A DNA stretch of 64,000 nt from Bugula neritina (lineage: Eukaryota > Animalia > Bryozoa), in assembly GCA_964035545.1 (NCBI GenBank), contig OZ037768.1, positions 248,001 to 312,000 on the forward strand. The letters are read 5' to 3'. The notes under the pieces were generated by a model. The model saw only the letters and a list, made by a program, of their open reading frames with translations. It did not search any database and was not told the DNA's origin. The position numbers and the translations under genes were made by a program. Of this stretch, positions 59,874 through 64,000 are shown piece by piece. Every line of letters begins with the position of its first letter. Position 1 is the first letter of the stretch.

Positions 59874-62244
59874 TTGACATAGAGTTTGACAATATGGTCG
59901 GTGTTGGAGTAGAATCCTGTAACTGGACAGTTGTGCTGCCGCTGCACGTGTCTGTATATGCAGGGGTAGCAGAAAACGTATCCACTCGTGGAGAGAGCAG
60001 CAGAGTTGGTCCTCACTCTCTTGCATACAGGACAGCTTAGTCTATCCACCACTGTGTCGCTGCCGGTCTCAACCTGCGGCAGCAAACAACATAATATTCA
60101 GCAGCAGGTATTCCGGATGTCAGACTATTAATCAGACAGTGGATAGACTGAGTTCATTGGGTACACTACCTTAGGGGCGGGTATAGAGGCAGCCACAGAG
60201 ATAGCCCGAGTCTCCCCTTCAGAGTGAGTATAGTTGGAGTACCACTGAAGAAACTGCAGGAAGAAGATGGCAGAGGAGAAGAGTTGGTAGACGTAGTGAG
60301 GGAGCGAGGCAGCGAGTTTGGTGAGTAGAGACTTGAGTACTTGCTGAACAGACCTTCAGAGTAACATATATATTACTATATGATATATTACTATATGATA
60401 TATTACTATATTATATATTACTATGTTATATATTACTATATTATATATTACCATATTATATATTACCATATTATATATTACTATATTATATATTGCTATA
60501 TTATATATTACTATGTTATATATTACTATATTATATATTACTATATTATATATTACTATATTATATATTACTATATTATATATTACTATATTATATATTG
60601 CTATGTTATATATTACTATATTATATATTACTATATTATATATTACTATATTATATATTGCTATGTTATATATTACTATATTAGACCTCAAAACAATAAA
60701 ATAATAATCAATTAGTATACAAAATATATTATATATAATAGTAACACACAACATAAAGAAAGAGCTGTGAGTATAACATATTATGTAAGATCTTATTTCT
60801 CAACCTTCTACATCAGGCCAAGGACAAACAGAACATAGTCTGAGTTCCCAGCTAGCACATTGAATAGTTTAGGGGTGGACTAGTGCTCACCCCTGACTGA
60901 ACACATCTGACCAGGAGAGAGTGCTATCCTCTAGTAGATCAGAAACACTGAGAGAAACCAGCTTCACTTTACAGAAATGTAACAGAGGGGAATGAACATC
61001 GCAATACTGCAGGAGAAATCTCATGAAATATGAGAAGACAACTCCTGACCACGTCATGTGTATGTACGGGTAAATGGAGAGGAAGGCATTCAGCATCCGT
61101 GACATCATATCCTGTATAAAGTACAGAATATATTACCATTCTGCCAGAATACACACACTATAAGCACACACTATAAGCACACACTGCAAGCACACACTAT
61201 AAGCACACACTATAAGCACACACTATAAGCACACACTATAAGCACACACACTATAAGCACACACACTATAAGCACACACTGTAAGCACACACACTATAAG
61301 CACACACACTATAAGCACACACTGTAAGCACACACTATAAGCACACACTATAAGCACACACTATAAGCACACATGTTTACCCACCGAGTCATTGAGGAGT
61401 CCATCGTCTCGCAGCACTAGGCACCGTTCATACAGAGATTCCAACTTCCTCTCCACGTATGGCGTCACAACCAACACTAACAGACTCACAGCTCGCAGCT
61501 TACTCGTCAACTTCCTGTCATCTGCCGTGACTCGCTTCAAACCATAAAAATATTCTGAGAAAGAGGCTCCTGCGGAAACAGACACAACATATTACGACAA
61601 GGCATAGACAGTTGGTGCTGAGACGGTCTGCAAGTCACGAGTCCACATAATAAACAGCTACATTCAAAGTTGATAATAACAAAATATTAGCAAATCCTTT
61701 TATAAAAATTATAATTGAAACATTTAAAATTTCACCCACCAAGAGTTTTCAAGCTGTTGTACTGTAGAAATGTGTCCAAGGCTAAATATAGTTCATCGGA
61801 GTATCTGTAACACCACCCAAACCATCCTGGATACTTCGATGCTAGAACCTAGGCAAAGCAGTGCAAGTCAAACAAATATTTTATAACTCTGCTAATTAAA
61901 TACTATGGCCTAAAAGAGATTAAATTGTTAATAGCATTATAGAAATAGTAGTATGCTAAGATAAAGAATAATAAAATAAAATAATATAACAATAATAAAA
62001 ATATACTAAAATAATAAAAGATAATAAAATACGAATGCAATATAATAATATCATTATCAATATGATTTAGTATTACTAAATTGTTACAGTGAAATCTCAC
62101 CTTAACCAAGTGCTGAAAAGCAGGCTGTGCCGTATTCAACAGACTTTCTTGAGCAACAATTGAAAAGATATCTGGAGTTGCAGAGTTTGAATCATCATCT
62201 GGTTGAGATATTGTGTGAAGATGAGCCCCTTGTTCCCCAGCCAT
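59852..62244 (-). CDS. PEX12: Peroxisome assembly protein 12 (RING peroxin)
   Basis: Exons 62244-62101, 61848-61740, 61569-61385, 61111-60891, 60353-60170, 60073-59852; MAGEQGAHL, ASFSEYFYGLKRV, FFLQFLQWY, degenerate RING CPVC...SGYVFCYPCI...CPVT. Confidence 0.93.
60366..61372. repeat. PEX12 intronic arrays: 15-bp (60366-60682) and 13-15-bp (61153-61372)
   Basis: ttatatattactata; ctataagcacaca. Confidence 0.9.
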
Positions 62245-63900
62245 TACGTGTTGATAGTTGAAATACTACAGTAGACAGTCTTCAAATTTCAGAAAAATAT
62301 TATTGTAAAACTGAGATGTATTTGACTTACATACCGTACAAATTAAACCATACATCAACATAAGCAAATATGAAGATTTGCTATTATAATAATATTATTG
62401 ATAGTAGCTGTAAGTAGTGCCAATCTATTATTTGCTAATACTAATAGTGAAATGCATTTCTGTAGAAAACACGATGACGAAACTAATCACCGATTATCAT
62501 TTTTTTATTAAATGCCAATTATTATTAAGTGAAATTTCAACTTCTTTGTTTATTCAAATAATTCAGCATGCCTATTGGTATCTATTAATATTATATATTA
62601 ATTTAAATTGCAAACTGAAACACTATCATTATGATTATGATAATCATAATGATACTGATACAGTGAATCACTGAATGTGATAGTATTACTATAGTATTAG
62701 TGATAGCCATATCCTGATATCAGTAATGTTTAATATTAGTAATACTGCACCAACACTGTTTCTTTTTTATATATAAACATTGAAATTATTTGCAACCAAT
62801 TATTCTACGTATATATAAATTACCAATAGTTTTATGGAACATGTTACCAATAATAATGCTGTCACGGTGATACTGATGGTGAATAAAACCGAATTTCAAG
62901 TTGATACACCCAACTGATGTATTTTTGTTTCGGAAAAGCGCTACAATTGTAATTAGTGGACACGCCGTTTATATATCTATGCTTATTATAGAGTCGTAAT
63001 TTTAATTTTAAAATAACGATGATGTGATATTTAGATAAAGTAATAAAGGCGCCTATTCAAGTTTAACTACATGAGAGTATTGGTAGCCTCTGTTTCATAA
63101 ACAAAACTTTTGTTTCAATTTTTTCCCCAAGATAGTCGACCAATGTTTAGAAATCAGCTATGGCAAACTGGTCGCAAGTTTCGCTGAAAATTTTATTACA
63201 AAGTGAGAGTGTGTGAATTACTTCATCATCATGCTGGTTCTATAATGCACCGAAGGCAACTAATATTAGTTGGATAATAATAATGTCACAAAGTCAGAGA
63301 CGCTCAATTAGCTCTCAGTTTGATAGAGAGTTTGTTCGTGGTGCTATTCGAGAAATAAAACTCAAAAACTTCTTGTAAGCATTGCTACTTTAACTATCAT
63401 AACAATAAGTATAACATATTCATTCTCATTGACATTATCATTATGATTATGAGTCTATCAGTATCAAGTATCAATTCACTGCGAGTTTCAGTTTGACTAA
63501 GACTTACTCTTAGTTTTAGAGTTAGACTATCAGTATCATAATTATTATTATCATTTATCAGTATGAGTGTCCAGAACGATGCGTGATACTGATAGGAAAA
63601 TAACATCAAATGCTGCTCAGGCAGGCCTCATAGTCATAAGGCCCTGTACTGACTACTGACACCAAAGTCTTAAAACAGAACTGCACCTATGTGATAAAAG
63701 TATTAATAATTCTGTTCACCAAACGAGGCACATCGCTTACACTAGTTTAGTGGTCTAACGTGATTGCATCTTCAAGTAAGTCAAGTAAGACTAAATCATA
63801 ATGATAATGATAGTCAATATGAATATCATATTGATATTCAGTTTCATTATCATTATATCATTTATTCATTATGTTTATTGTTACTCACCTCGTAACTCAC

Positions 63901-63955
63901 CTCGTAGACGATAGAACACTCAAAGTCACCGTTATGGTGCAAACGTGGAGCGCCT
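63901..63955 (-). other. Possible small exon of a neighbouring gene or a PEX12 5' UTR exon
   Basis: AG..GAPRLHHNGDFECSIVYE..GAG|GTGAGT with a duplicated donor; no homology recognised. Confidence 0.3.
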
Positions 63956-64000
63956 CTTTGGTTAGTGATAAATGTCAGTATGAGTTAGTATAGCAGCATA

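Overview
AT-rich, intron-rich animal genomic DNA (invertebrate-like; species not determinable from sequence). Reading GT-AG junctions by hand gives six spliced protein genes: the 3' part of a coiled-coil + beta-propeller (TRIM/NHL-like) gene (+), PHLPP (+), a C2CD4C-like tandem-C2 gene (+), RUVBL1 (-), CCDC146 (+) and PEX12 (-). There is also one 751-bp MITE. Most long ORFs in the track are translations of repeats. The striking feature is that many introns carry their own private minisatellite, and many of these arrays are tandem copies of the exon-intron junction itself. This produces runs of 2-30 near-identical 5' or 3' splice sites, of which normally only the exon-proximal copy gives a correct protein. 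One CCDC146 intron consists entirely of 15 such units from GT to AG. Exon coordinates were counted by hand and have no transcript support; repeat edges and copy numbers are approximate.
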